From: Candidatus Micrarchaeota archaeon
Lineage (GTDB): Archaea > Micrarchaeota > Micrarchaeia > Norongarragalinales > Norongarragalinaceae
Assembly: GCA_016188965.1 (NCBI GenBank)
Contig: JACPGT010000002.1
Span: forward strand, 245,852-309,851
Length of the DNA: 64,000 nucleotides
Direction: 5' to 3'
Below, one piece after another: positions 31,051 through 41,249 of this stretch (the first letter of the stretch is position 1; the number at the start of each line of letters is the position of its first letter). Made by a program: the position numbers and the translations under genes. The notes below the pieces were generated by a model. The model had not been told where the DNA came from. It searched no databases and saw only the letters and a program-made list of their open reading frames with translations.

Positions 31051-33906
31051 TTAGCCGCTGGCATTCGTCACGTTGCTATTCGAGGACTCCGTCGCGTTCG
31101 TTCCAGTGGCGTTGGCCGCGGGTGCGGCTGTAGGCGCCGGCGTTGCCGTCGGCGTCAGCACGCGGGCGGCGTCCGAGGGCCGTCCGGTGTACTCGAATAC
31201 CTTGACGTAACTGTTCGGCGAGCGGTAGGCCAGCTTGAATCCAGGGTACTGTTCGAAGAAAAACAGCTGGGTGAATGCGGCGTTGAACACGTTGTTGTGG
31301 AATCCGTACGGCTCGTAGTAGGGATTGATGTTGACGAAAGCGTTCTGCCCGGTGGCGAACAGGTAGCTGGTGTCTGAATCGATCGAATCAATCGGGTCGC
31401 GGCCGGCCAGCTTGTATTTGCGCGTCACGTTGCTTGCCTGTCCGTTCCCGTCGATGTAGACCATGCGGTCGTTCGTCAGGCAGTATTGCGCGCCCAGGTT
31501 GCTCTGTACCCTTGGAAGCGGCACGCCTAGGACGCTGGCCGGACAATTGCCGGCCACCTGGAGGTGTTCAAAGTAGTGTTCGACTTCGTACCTGCTCTGG
31601 CCCGGGCTGCTGACCTGCGGGATGTCTGATTGGTTCGGACAGACGCTGGAGTGCGTCTTCTGGCAGGTGCCGCTGAGGTAGACGAGCGCGCCCCATTTGC
31701 CGATGAGGTCACCGTCCACCAACACGTGCGTCGCATTGTGGAACGCCATGACCTCGTACAAGTCCTGGGGTTTGCCGTTGACGAATGCCCGCGCCACGCC
31801 TTGGTCATATCCGCCGTAGAGGTTGGATGGATTCAGGACCGTCTTGCGCTGGCCTAAAAACGTAGTCCAGTGGCCGTAGTCCCACCAGGACAGCACGCGC
31901 GTGTCCGTCGGCGTGTTGGACCGCATCCATTTGTATGTCTGGACCCAATCGGATGGAAGGCGGGAATACGTCAACTCGTTCATGCTGTTCTGCACCGTCT
32001 GCGCCTGGAGGATCGTGGCCAAGGCGGCGACCATCAGCAGGACGGCTAATGCGCCGGTGCGCACGGTCGCGGAGTTGGAAAAGACGTTGAACCATTGGTT
32101 CAGCCGCTCGATGAGCCGCTGCGTTTCACCCAACAGGTACGGGAACGCCAAGGCCAGCACGAAGGCGGTGTGCAGGAGATACTTGAGCTTGTTCGCGCCG
32201 ATGAACGCGACGGGAAACAGGACGAGCACGAACAGCAGCGTGTTCTCCGTGCGTTGTTCCTTGGGCAGGAAGAGGTACAACAGCGCGGTCGACGCCACGC
32301 TGACCACCAAAAAGCCGAAAATCTCGTTGCTGGTGAACGTCAGCAAGATCTGGGCTTGCGCTGAAGTATTCTGGCCGATGAGCGCACGGACGACGCCTTC
32401 GAAGATGCCCTTGAAGAAGAGGAGGAAAAGGCCCAAAATCAGCGTCGCCGAACCCCATTTGACATGCTTTTTCGAGAAGAGGATGACGCACGCGGACAAC
32501 AGCGGCACCAACGCGGCCAACAGCAACAATGGGGACGGAGCCAGGACGCCGAACGTCGCGGGGTAAAGCCCCGGCGAAGTCACGCCGTCTTCCGCGATGG
32601 TCTTGGCCAAGTTGTTCGTCGTCGCGGCAATCTTGGCCGTGCCCAGCACGGTGTCCGCCACGATGCCTCCGATGGGTGTGAGAGCGGCTACGATTAGCGT
32701 CAGGACGGCCACGACGCCCAACGCCTGCATGCGCCGGATGCCGGTGTGCAGGCGGTCCTTGAAGAATCCCGACGCGAAATACAGGGCCGCCGAAAAAGCC
32801 AGGCCGGCCAGCACCATGTACACTTCGCCGCTAAGAAAAGTGATGTACTGCTGGTTCTGGTAAGCGGCCATCACCATGTTGCCGAAAAGAAGGCCTGCAC
32901 CGGTCAAGCCGAAGACGGCCAACGAGCGTTTTTCGAACGAGCCGGATGCGAAGTACGTGATGCTTTGCAGGACCAAAAAAGCGACGAAGACCATGAGCGG
33001 AAAGATGAATTGCTGGCTGCCGAACATGACGGCGGCGCCCAGCACGAAACCCAGCGCGCCGAGGCGGTAGCTCTTGCGGCGCAACGCCAGCGCCAAGACG
33101 GTGAAGAACAAAAGCGCCAGGAACATGGCCCACGGCTGCTGTTCCGTCACGCCGGCGCCGAATTTCTTGATCAACTGCGGCATGAGCGCGAACGTCGCCG
33201 CGGCGGCGGCGCCCAGATACGCGTTATATTCCTCCCGCACCAGCACGAAGGCGGCAAAACAGATGAACGCGGCGACCAACGGCGGGTAGATGCCCGACAC
33301 CAGGATCATCACGTCCTGGTCGTACCCCTGCCCCGTCAGCATCTGGTGCAAAAGCGTCCAGGACCCGGTCAAGTAATGCTCCAACGGAGGCCAGTGCTGG
33401 AATTGCTGCTTGGGAAAGAACGAATCGTCGGTAAACATGGCGATGTGGCCGTTCTGGACAAGGCGCTCCGTCAGCTTCATGTAATAATACGGGTCGAATT
33501 CGTAGAACGTCGTGGTGAACGCCGGCGCGAAGCGGACGTAGAACGCGACGGCCATCATCAAGAGGACGAACGCCGCGGGCGCGTATTTCTTGGCCGACGC
33601 CCAATCCAACGCCGGCAACGCCAAGTTTAGCTCAAACTTTTTGGCTTGTGCGTAATACGCGGCGAGGCTGCCCAATAGCACTAAAGCTGCGTTGGCCAGC
33701 ACCAAGGCGGCGTTCAGTCCCCAACCGAACGCCATGTATTCGAGGAACGCCAGCATGGGCACGACGATGATGCCGGATGCCGCGCCGAGGATGGCCTTGT
33801 CCAGCCGCGAGAACTTCGTGCCGAAAAAAAGGGCAAAACCGGCCGCCACGCCGGGAAGGACGGTCACTAAGACGGCCACGGTGGCCACGAGGATATCAAA
33901 TGCCAT
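31051..33906 (-). CDS. aglB: Oligosaccharyltransferase AglB (STT3 family)
   Basis: 951 aa with a polytopic N-terminus and WWDYGHW (WWDYG motif). The C-terminal tail is rich in N-X-S/T sequons. Confidence 0.9.
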   Translation of the reverse strand: MAFDILVATVAVLVTVLPGVAAGFALFFGTKFSRLDKAILGAASGIIVVPMLAFLEYMAFGWGLNAALVLANAALVLLGSLAAYYAQAKKFELNLALPALDWASAKKYAPAAFVLLMMAVAFYVRFAPAFTTTFYEFDPYYYMKLTERLVQNGHIAMFTDDSFFPKQQFQHWPPLEHYLTGSWTLLHQMLTGQGYDQDVMILVSGIYPPLVAAFICFAAFVLVREEYNAYLGAAAAATFALMPQLIKKFGAGVTEQQPWAMFLALLFFTVLALALRRKSYRLGALGFVLGAAVMFGSQQFIFPLMVFVAFLVLQSITYFASGSFEKRSLAVFGLTGAGLLFGNMVMAAYQNQQYITFLSGEVYMVLAGLAFSAALYFASGFFKDRLHTGIRRMQALGVVAVLTLIVAALTPIGGIVADTVLGTAKIAATTNNLAKTIAEDGVTSPGLYPATFGVLAPSPLLLLAALVPLLSACVILFSKKHVKWGSATLILGLFLLFFKGIFEGVVRALIGQNTSAQAQILLTFTSNEIFGFLVVSVASTALLYLFLPKEQRTENTLLFVLVLFPVAFIGANKLKYLLHTAFVLALAFPYLLGETQRLIERLNQWFNVFSNSATVRTGALAVLLMVAALATILQAQTVQNSMNELTYSRLPSDWVQTYKWMRSNTPTDTRVLSWWDYGHWTTFLGQRKTVLNPSNLYGGYDQGVARAFVNGKPQDLYEVMAFHNATHVLVDGDLIGKWGALVYLSGTCQKTHSSVCPNQSDIPQVSSPGQSRYEVEHYFEHLQVAGNCPASVLGVPLPRVQSNLGAQYCLTNDRMVYIDGNGQASNVTRKYKLAGRDPIDSIDSDTSYLFATGQNAFVNINPYYEPYGFHNNVFNAAFTQLFFFEQYPGFKLAYRSPNSYVKVFEYTGRPSDAARVLTPTATPAPTAAPAANATGTNATESSNSNVTNASG

Positions 33907-34097
33907 GCTGAAGAATCACCGGAATCAATCGCTCGCCACGCGGACACGCGCGCTCCCCTTGGGTGCCGTGCGGCTTTAGGCGTCTATCGTACACCGACTA
34001 TAAAAGCGTGCCTTTTTTTCCCGTTTCTGCTTCGGATCGGCCTCCGTAAGGACGCGGCCTTCGGTTTTTTATACCGGCTTGCGTCCGACTAATCGTC

Positions 34098-35153
34098 ATG
34101 ATCGGCATCGTAGTCGGCACCCGGCCCGAATTGGTCAAGATGGCCCCCGTCCTCTGGCGCCTTGACGCGCGGCGCATCCCGTACGCGTTGGTGCATTCCG
34201 GCCAGCATTACGACTACAACCTGAACGCCGTCTTCTTCGAAGACCTCCACTTGCGCAAACCCGACGTGGTGCTGGACTCGATTGGAAAGACGGACGCCTC
34301 GCAGACGGCCGGCATGATGGCGGCGTTGGATCCGCACTTCGACCGCCTGGGCCTTTCCTGCGTGGTGGTGCAGGGCGACACGAACACGGTGCTGGCCGCG
34401 TCGCTTGTAGCCAAGAAGCAGCAGCGGATGCTGGCGCACGTGGAAGCCGGCGCGCGCAGTTTCGACCGCCGCATGCCGGAGGAAATCAACCGCGTGTCCG
34501 CCGACCACCTCTCGGACCTTCTCTTTGCCCCGGATGACGTCTGCCGCCAACACTTGCTTGATGAAGGCCTGCCCCAATCGCGCATCGTTTTATCGGGCAA
34601 CACGCAGTTCGAATCGCTGGCCTTCGCGGCCGATCACGCCAAGGCTCCGGCGTTCGACGTGCCGGACGACTTCATCCTGGTCACCGCCCACCGTCAGGAA
34701 ACCAACGAAAAACCGGCCTTGACGCGCCTGGTCGACTTGTTGCGCCGCTTGCCGGGCCGCAAGGTCTTCCTCGTCCATCCGCGCACGCGCCAATCCTTGC
34801 AGCGCTTCGGCCTCTGGGACGCGCTTTCGGCCATTCCCGACGTGGCGCTTCACGAACCCGTGGGCTTTTTGCAGACCGTGTGGCTCATCCGGCGAAGTTC
34901 GGCCGTTCTGACGGATTCCGGCGGCCTCCAGGTCGAAGCGGCGTTCCTCCAAAAACCCGTCATCATCCCCCGCGACGTGACGGAGTGGCCCGACTTGGTC
35001 CAACAGGGCCGCGCCGTCTTAGTCGGCCTAACGGAAAACTCCGCTTCCAAGGCGACGGCTTTCCTGGAACGCTTTTCGCCCCAGGCATTCGCAACCTCCG
35101 GCCGGGCGCCGTCCGACGTCATCGTGTCAGCGCTGACGGACGCGCTCGGATAA
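34098..35153 (+). CDS. UDP-N-acetylglucosamine 2-epimerase (WecB family), copy 1
   Basis: MIGIVVGTRPELVKMAPV...HSGQHYDYNL...GDTNTVLA...HVEAG.RSFD pattern. Confidence 0.8.
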   Translation: MIGIVVGTRPELVKMAPVLWRLDARRIPYALVHSGQHYDYNLNAVFFEDLHLRKPDVVLDSIGKTDASQTAGMMAALDPHFDRLGLSCVVVQGDTNTVLAASLVAKKQQRMLAHVEAGARSFDRRMPEEINRVSADHLSDLLFAPDDVCRQHLLDEGLPQSRIVLSGNTQFESLAFAADHAKAPAFDVPDDFILVTAHRQETNEKPALTRLVDLLRRLPGRKVFLVHPRTRQSLQRFGLWDALSAIPDVALHEPVGFLQTVWLIRRSSAVLTDSGGLQVEAAFLQKPVIIPRDVTEWPDLVQQGRAVLVGLTENSASKATAFLERFSPQAFATSGRAPSDVIVSALTDALG

Positions 35154-36260
35154 GCGTCGCATGACGCGTCCGAGTTTTTCGGACTGCTTTTCGAACGAAT
35201 ACGCCGTCTTCATCTTGCGGAGGTTGTTGCGCACCATGCGCGCCGACGCCTTCGGGTGGTCCAAGGCCCGTTGGATCTTGTCGGCCAAATCCTGCGCGTC
35301 GGCGGACTTGAAGTAATACGCGTCGGAGCCGCAGATGCGGCGGATTTCCGGCAAGTCGGAGCACACCGGCACCAATCCTGCGGCCATGTATTCGAATAAC
35401 TTGTTCGGCGCGCCGATGCGGGTGAACGCGTAGTCCTTGAACGCGACGATGCCCACGTCGGCCTTTTCCAGCGTCCGGGCCACGTGGACGTACGGCACTT
35501 GCGGCTGCAGCCGGATGCGGCCACGGCTTCTGTCCGCCGCTTGCTGCACGGCCTGCTCGTCCGTCTTGGCTCCGTATCCCATGAAGACGAACCGGAAGTC
35601 TTGGCGGTCCTTCAGGATGCTGGCCGCTTCCAGGAGCGTGTCGACGCCGTAATGCCGCGAGATGGACCCCAGGTGGAACACCGTCTTGGTCTTTTTTTCT
35701 TGTTTGCGGCCGCTGGGTCGGAAGAATTGCGTCAAGGGGCTGTTGCGCAGGATGAACGCGTCCTTTGGGTGCCCGTATTTTTCCTCCAGCATTTCCAACA
35801 ACGTCTCGCTGGGCGAGATGACGACGTCGGATTGTTTGAAGATGACGCGGTTCAGTACGTCGTCGCGCTTGCGCAACAGTTTCTGCTTCCAGGAGTCCTG
35901 CGGCGTGTCCTTGGTGAAGTAGCTCTGCGGCAAGTCGGTGTAGTCGGAAAAGACGGGTGCGCCGCTGATGCGTTTGGCCATGACTGCCGTCAGGCCACCC
36001 GTGGTCAGGAAACTCATGCACACGTCGCCTTTCTCGTAGTTGCGGCGAAAATAGGAAAGCGCCTTGCGGGCGTAGTCCGCCGCGCCGTGCGAGCCGACGT
36101 TGATGACGCCGGGCGTGGACCTGCCTTGCGGGTCTTCGTTGCTGCGGATGGCCGGCACGATGATGCGCACGTCGAAACCCGCGTCCTGTGCCGTCTGGAC
36201 CAAGCGGGCCAGGCGCTGTTCCCACTTGTAGTTGAAATGCGCGAAAAGGAATGCCTTCAT
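35127..36260 (-). CDS. Glycosyltransferase, GT4 (group 1) family
   Basis: GT-B C-terminal pattern (GAPNKLFEYMAAGLVPV). Confidence 0.7.
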   Translation of the reverse strand: MKAFLFAHFNYKWEQRLARLVQTAQDAGFDVRIIVPAIRSNEDPQGRSTPGVINVGSHGAADYARKALSYFRRNYEKGDVCMSFLTTGGLTAVMAKRISGAPVFSDYTDLPQSYFTKDTPQDSWKQKLLRKRDDVLNRVIFKQSDVVISPSETLLEMLEEKYGHPKDAFILRNSPLTQFFRPSGRKQEKKTKTVFHLGSISRHYGVDTLLEAASILKDRQDFRFVFMGYGAKTDEQAVQQAADRSRGRIRLQPQVPYVHVARTLEKADVGIVAFKDYAFTRIGAPNKLFEYMAAGLVPVCSDLPEIRRICGSDAYYFKSADAQDLADKIQRALDHPKASARMVRNNLRKMKTAYSFEKQSEKLGRVMRRLSERVRQR

Positions 36261-36298
36261 CGTTACGGGGGACGGAGGCAGGACTAAAAAACCTGATT

Positions 36299-36393
36299 AT
36301 AGCAATCCTTGAACGTACCTGACAAAATTGTCAAGGATTGCTATCTGGCAAACGGCTCGAAAGTTCGGTTCGGTCGAACTTTCGAGGTTTGCC
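36299..36393. promoter_or_regulatory. Double hairpin in a divergent intergenic region: ATAGCAATCCTTGA-N18-TCAAGGATTGCTAT, then ggcaaacggctcgaaagttcg/cgaactttcgaggtttgcc
   Basis: Inverted repeats read directly (36299-36344 and 36347-36393), followed by atataaag and ATG 36426. The architecture and outer arms match 56285-56377. Confidence 0.65.
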
Positions 36394-36425
36394 ATATAAA
36401 GCGCTTGCGCCCATTTTAGTGGTAT

Positions 36426-37847
36426 ATGTCTTTTGAGCGTCGCACTTACCTTCGGCAATCCGCCGTTTCCGTCGCCGCCCAGGTCCTCTCCGCCCTCTGT
36501 TCGCTGGCGCTAATCCCGCTCATTGCGCGCGCGCTGGGCCCCCAGGACTACGGCAGCTATTCCTTCCTCGTCCGCGTCTCCGTCGCAGTCGCGGGCATCC
36601 TGCTGTTTTCGCTCAACGACGGCGTGTGGTATTTTACATCGAAGGATCCGCGCCGTGTCGGCTCCCTCCTGGGTTCCGGACTCGTATTCCTCGCCGGCAT
36701 GTCGTTGGCCTTGTTCTTGCCTTACTTCCTGCTTTCCGAACGCTTCCTGAGCGACCTATCCTCTGACTTGCTAATCGCCATCTACTTGACGGCCATCGCC
36801 ACGGCGCTGCTGTCGTTGTTCCAATCCGTCCAGCGGGCCGTGGAACGCTTCTCCTCCTACGCGTCTTACAACTTCCTGTCCGTCGCCGGCGTGGGTGCCG
36901 CCGTGTTCTTCTCCACGTTTTTGGTGCATGACGTGGCTGCCGTCGGCCTGGTGCGCGCCGGCTCGCTTGCGTTGCTGGCCATTATCGGTCTGGTCCGCCT
37001 CCGGGCCGCATTGTCGTGGGATGCCGCCGCATTCAAAGACGCGCTTCATTACGCCGCGCCATTCGGCATGGTAGCCATCATCGGCTCGCTTTTCACCATC
37101 GGCTCGCGGTATATCCTCGCATCGAACCAACCCATCGAGCAGGTCGGATTCTTTGAATTAAGCAGCAGCATCTCCAACGCCGTGCTTCCGTTGGTTTCAG
37201 TATTCGCGCTGGTCATGGGGCCCAAATTGGTCAAGGACGTCTCGCGCATCGACGCGTATTACCGCAAGGTCGGCTCCGGCAGCATGCTGCTGGTCACCGG
37301 TTTTTCGCTTACGATGTTGTTGTTCAACGAATTCATCCTCCGCGTGCTTCTGGGCCAGGGGTTCGTGCAGCAGACGTCGCTGCCGCTCATTGTCATGCTC
37401 TTGGCGCTTCCGTTCATCGCCTTGTTCACCCTCCACGCCGCGATTTTCAGCAGTCTTGCCAAAACCAAGATGCTTGCATTTCTGCTCTTTCTCGTGGGTT
37501 TGACGGAGCTGATCCTGAACTGGCTGCTGACGCCGACGTACTCCGCCGCAGGAGCTGCGGCTGCCGTTTTCATCGGCTACGCTTTGGCGTATTCTTTTGC
37601 CGTGGCCTATCTGTGGTTCACCCACCGTCTGGACTTTGCCGCCCCCTTGCGTCAAGTCGGCCTCTTCTTGGCCGCTCTTCTGGCGTTTTATTTCGGCGGC
37701 TTCACGGCCTGGCCTGAACGCCTGGCACTTCTGGCGCTCTTCGCGCTGTTGAGCTACCTGTTGAACGCACGCTTGGTCCGCGAGATGCTGTCCGACGGCT
37801 GGCACATCCTGAGGGCCTTCTTGCGGCCCGGCTCGCGCGAGGCTTGA
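36426..37847 (+). CDS. Polysaccharide/oligosaccharide flippase (MOP/Wzx-like)
   Basis: 473 aa with about 12-14 TM segments, typical of the polysaccharide biosynthesis protein family. Confidence 0.7.
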   Translation: MSFERRTYLRQSAVSVAAQVLSALCSLALIPLIARALGPQDYGSYSFLVRVSVAVAGILLFSLNDGVWYFTSKDPRRVGSLLGSGLVFLAGMSLALFLPYFLLSERFLSDLSSDLLIAIYLTAIATALLSLFQSVQRAVERFSSYASYNFLSVAGVGAAVFFSTFLVHDVAAVGLVRAGSLALLAIIGLVRLRAALSWDAAAFKDALHYAAPFGMVAIIGSLFTIGSRYILASNQPIEQVGFFELSSSISNAVLPLVSVFALVMGPKLVKDVSRIDAYYRKVGSGSMLLVTGFSLTMLLFNEFILRVLLGQGFVQQTSLPLIVMLLALPFIALFTLHAAIFSSLAKTKMLAFLLFLVGLTELILNWLLTPTYSAAGAAAAVFIGYALAYSFAVAYLWFTHRLDFAAPLRQVGLFLAALLAFYFGGFTAWPERLALLALFALLSYLLNARLVREMLSDGWHILRAFLRPGSREA

Positions 37848-37850
37848 GCC

Positions 37851-38495
37851 ATGGTCGACCTATCGCATTTGCATCCGGATTGGGGCGACCAACTCGACGT
37901 CCGCTACTATCTGGCCGAAAAACTCTCCGCGTTGAAGGAAAAGAAAGTCCTGGACATCGGCTGCGGCAAGGGTTACCTGCTTTCCGTTATTCCGGATTCC
38001 TGTGAAAAATTCGGCATCGACATCAACCCCGAATCGCTGAACGAGGCCCGATCGCGCAACCCCTCGGCGGACATCCGCGACGTCAGCATGCTGGAACTGC
38101 CGTTTGCCGACGGCAAGTTCGACGTCGTCTACATGGCCAACACGCTGCCGCATGCCGACTTTTCCATGCCGGGCGTTCGCCAAAAAGACCAGGAAACGGC
38201 CATTTTCGAAGCGGCCCGCGTCCTCAAGAAAGGTGGCACGTTTTATTTGACCACGCCGAACAACGCCCGCTACCACTCCATCAAGGAAACCTATGAGGAG
38301 CTGGATGCCTTGCTTGCGCCTCATTTTGCCTACCAAATTCGCGGATGGAACCCGTTCCCGAACTGGCCGTATTTTGCGCCGGGCCGCGCCTTAGCCCGCG
38401 TGCCGGGCTGGTATGCCCTTCTGAAACGTCTGTGCGAAAGCGGCCGCCAAGTCCGGCGGGGAAAGTTTTTCTTCGTTCATGCCCGACGACGTTGA
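37851..38495 (+). CDS. Class I SAM-dependent methyltransferase
   Basis: Motif I VLDIGCGKGYL and post-I FDVVYMANTL. Confidence 0.75.
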   Translation: MVDLSHLHPDWGDQLDVRYYLAEKLSALKEKKVLDIGCGKGYLLSVIPDSCEKFGIDINPESLNEARSRNPSADIRDVSMLELPFADGKFDVVYMANTLPHADFSMPGVRQKDQETAIFEAARVLKKGGTFYLTTPNNARYHSIKETYEELDALLAPHFAYQIRGWNPFPNWPYFAPGRALARVPGWYALLKRLCESGRQVRRGKFFFVHARRR

Positions 38496-38537
38496 TTGCC
38501 CGGATGTTTTTTAATCGCCGGCTGTCCCAACCCCCTC

Positions 38538-39509
38538 ATGACTCCGGCCGTCGCGTCGCACGATTCTTCGTTGAAAGTACTCCAGGTTCACAACATCGCG
38601 AACGTGCCCGCGGCCATTTCGGCCGGGTTGAATCGGATTGGCGTTTCCAGCACGCTTTTGGAATACCGCGACCCGTTCCATTTTGAGGCTGCGGATTATT
38701 CGTTGGAATTGGACCGCAAGAACCTCATTGAGCTGGGGATTGCGCGCGCCAAGAACTTTGTCTGGGCCATGCGCAATTTCGACATCGTCCACCTGCATTC
38801 GGCCGCCCTTTTGCCGGCTTATCTGGAAGGTCCGCTGACTCGGCTTTTGCCGTTTGCGCGGGCCAAATTGGTGTACAGCCATTGGGGCGCGGACATCCGG
38901 CAAGGCGCGCCGCCGCTTTTGTCCCGCGTCAATTGCGCCAAGCGTTTTGTCTGTCCGGATTTGTACGACCGGGCGCCGGATGCGGAAGTGCTGCCCGTAT
39001 GCGTGGATTTGGACTATTGGAAACCCGTTTCCCGGCCGGCCCATGAGCGGCCCGTGGTGCTCCATGCTCCGACGAACCGCGCGTTCAAGAACACGGATGC
39101 CGTGCTGCGGGCGGTGGATAAGTGGCGGAAGGAAGGGCTGGATTTTGAGTTCCGGCTGGTCGAAAACGTCCCGCTGCCCCAATTGAAAGCCGAACTGGAA
39201 AATTGCGACATTTTGTTGGACCAATTCAACACGTGGTATGCCACCCTGGCATGCGAGGCCATGGCCTTGGCCAAGCCCGTGGCCGCCACGTTGCGGCCGG
39301 ATATCCGGGAACGCCATGCGCCGGATTGTCCAATCGTCAATTGTGAACCGGATGGTATTGCCGATTCGGTCCGAGACCTGATTTTGGATGCCGGTTTGCG
39401 CAATCGCGTGGGACGGCAGTCGTTGGCTTTTGCCAAGAAGCGCCATGATTGCGTGGTAGTGGCCCGCCGTTTGAAGGAAGTTTATACGGAATTGGTTGGG
39501 GCTGGCTGA
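38538..39509 (+). CDS. Glycosyltransferase-like protein (GT-B fold, C-terminal group-1 pattern); start uncertain
   Basis: VVLHAPTNRAFKNTDAVL...ILLDQF...YATLACEAMALAKPV. ATG 38538; the ORF track starts at TTG 38496. Confidence 0.5.
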   Translation: MTPAVASHDSSLKVLQVHNIANVPAAISAGLNRIGVSSTLLEYRDPFHFEAADYSLELDRKNLIELGIARAKNFVWAMRNFDIVHLHSAALLPAYLEGPLTRLLPFARAKLVYSHWGADIRQGAPPLLSRVNCAKRFVCPDLYDRAPDAEVLPVCVDLDYWKPVSRPAHERPVVLHAPTNRAFKNTDAVLRAVDKWRKEGLDFEFRLVENVPLPQLKAELENCDILLDQFNTWYATLACEAMALAKPVAATLRPDIRERHAPDCPIVNCEPDGIADSVRDLILDAGLRNRVGRQSLAFAKKRHDCVVVARRLKEVYTELVGAG

Positions 39510-39520
39510 CGGACGAGCGC

Positions 39521-40615
39521 CTAAATGGATTCGTTCGCGGCGCTGACGACGGCTTCCACTTGTTCTTGGGTCAGTTCGGGGTACATCGGTAAAGACAGTT
39601 CGGTCAGGGCGCATTGTTCGGCCACGGGGTGGCTTCCGGGTCCTTGGCCGAGGTCCGCATAGGCTTTTTGCAGGTGGACGGGGACGGGGTAGTGGATTTC
39701 CGTCTGGATTCCCTTGTCGGCCAGCCGTTTTTTGAGGCGGTCGCGTTCCTGGACCAAGATGGCGTAGAGGTGACGGGCGTGCGTCCTCCCGGCCATTTCG
39801 CGGGGCGTGCGGATGGCGTCGGCCAGGTGTTTTTCGTAATATTCGGCAATGCGGGTCCGGCGGGCGTTCCACGCGTCCAAATGTTTGAGTTTTGCCCGCA
39901 ACAAGGCGGCCTGCATGGCGTCCAGGCGGCTGTTGATGCCTTTGATTTCGTGGTAGTACCTGATTTTTTGCCCGTAATTTCTCAACATCTGCAATCGTTC
40001 ATACAACGCGTCGTCGTCGGTCGTGATGGCGCCGGCGTCGCCGAAAGCACCCAGGTTCTTGCTGGGGTAAAAACTGAAACAGCCCATTTTTCCCAAGGAC
40101 CCGGCTTTTTTGCTGCCGTATCGGGCTCCGTGGGCCTGGCAGGCGTCTTCAATGACGGGCACGCCTTTTTTTTCCGCGATTTCCAGGATGGGCGCCATGT
40201 CGGCCGTCTGGCCGTACAGGTGGACGGGCAGGATGGCCTTGGTCTTGGCCGTGAACCGCCGCTTGAGGGCTTGGGGGTCCATGTTGAAGTCATCCGGTCT
40301 TACGTCCACCAGGACGGGTTTGGCGTTGGCCATGCTGATGGCCGATATGGTGGGGACGGCCGTGTTGGGTACGGTGATGACTTCGTCGCCCGGCCCGATG
40401 CCCAAGGCGGCCAGCGCCAGGTAGATGGCTTCGGTTCCGGACGCGACGCCCACCGCATGGCGGGTGCCGCAATAGGCTGCGAATTCTTTCTCGAAGGCGT
40501 CAAGCTCAGGGCCGAAGATGAACTGTCCGCTTTCCAAGACGCGATGGACGGCGGCGTCGAACTCGGCCTGGTGCGCGCGGTACTGGATGGAAAGGTCGCC
40601 GAATTTGACGTTCAT
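39521..40615 (-). CDS. DegT/DnrJ/EryC1/StrS-family sugar aminotransferase (PLP-dependent), copy 1
   Basis: Start at ATG 40615 (MNVKFGDLSIQY). Family pattern FE.EFA.YCG...AVGV.SGT.A and SFYPSKNLGA (PLP Lys). Confidence 0.8.
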   Translation of the reverse strand: MNVKFGDLSIQYRAHQAEFDAAVHRVLESGQFIFGPELDAFEKEFAAYCGTRHAVGVASGTEAIYLALAALGIGPGDEVITVPNTAVPTISAISMANAKPVLVDVRPDDFNMDPQALKRRFTAKTKAILPVHLYGQTADMAPILEIAEKKGVPVIEDACQAHGARYGSKKAGSLGKMGCFSFYPSKNLGAFGDAGAITTDDDALYERLQMLRNYGQKIRYYHEIKGINSRLDAMQAALLRAKLKHLDAWNARRTRIAEYYEKHLADAIRTPREMAGRTHARHLYAILVQERDRLKKRLADKGIQTEIHYPVPVHLQKAYADLGQGPGSHPVAEQCALTELSLPMYPELTQEQVEAVVSAANESI

Positions 40616-40616
40616 A

Positions 40617-41249
40617 TCAGAATCCTTCCGTGTTGGTCTTTCGGATGACTTTGGCCGGCACGCCCATTGCAACCATTTGCTCGGGCACGTCGTGCGTCAC
40701 CACGGATCCGGCGCCCACGATGGCGCCTTTGCCGATGCGGACTCCGGCCAGGAGCGTGGCGTTGGCGCCGACGGCGGCGCCGGCGCATACGTGCGGCCCG
40801 GCCAGGGCTTTTGCATGTTCGGGGCTTTTTCCCATGTACGCGTCGTTGGTCGAGACGGCGTGCATGCCGATGAACGCGTCGTCTTCGACCACCATGTTGC
40901 CGGTGATGATGCAGGCGTCCATGATCTTGACGCGCTGGCCGATGCGGGCCTGGTAGTTGACCATGGTGCCCCGGCCGATGACGGAAAAGTCGCCGACTTC
41001 GCATTCTTCCCGGATGGAGGCTAAGTCGCCGATGAGCACGTTGCGCCCGATCCGGGTGCCGCAGTACAGGACGGCTGATGCGCCGATGACGCTGTTGTCG
41101 CCGATTTCAAGCGGGGGCAAATGCTCGTTGGGCTTGCGGGAGGTGTTGCCGGCGCTTTTGGGCGGCCGGCCGAGTACGGCGTTGTCGAATATGGTCACGT
41201 TGCGGCCGATGACGGTTCCGGGGTAGATGACGACGTTCTTTCCCATCAT
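40617..41249 (-). CDS. Hexapeptide-repeat (left-handed beta-helix) sugar N-acetyltransferase
   Basis: Repeated [LIV]G..[STAV].[LIV] hexads (IGRNVTIFDNAVLG, IGDNSVIGASAVL, IGRNVLIGD...). ATG 41249 overlaps the upstream stop (ATGA). Confidence 0.7.
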   Translation of the reverse strand: MMGKNVVIYPGTVIGRNVTIFDNAVLGRPPKSAGNTSRKPNEHLPPLEIGDNSVIGASAVLYCGTRIGRNVLIGDLASIREECEVGDFSVIGRGTMVNYQARIGQRVKIMDACIITGNMVVEDDAFIGMHAVSTNDAYMGKSPEHAKALAGPHVCAGAAVGANATLLAGVRIGKGAIVGAGSVVTHDVPEQMVAMGVPAKVIRKTNTEGF

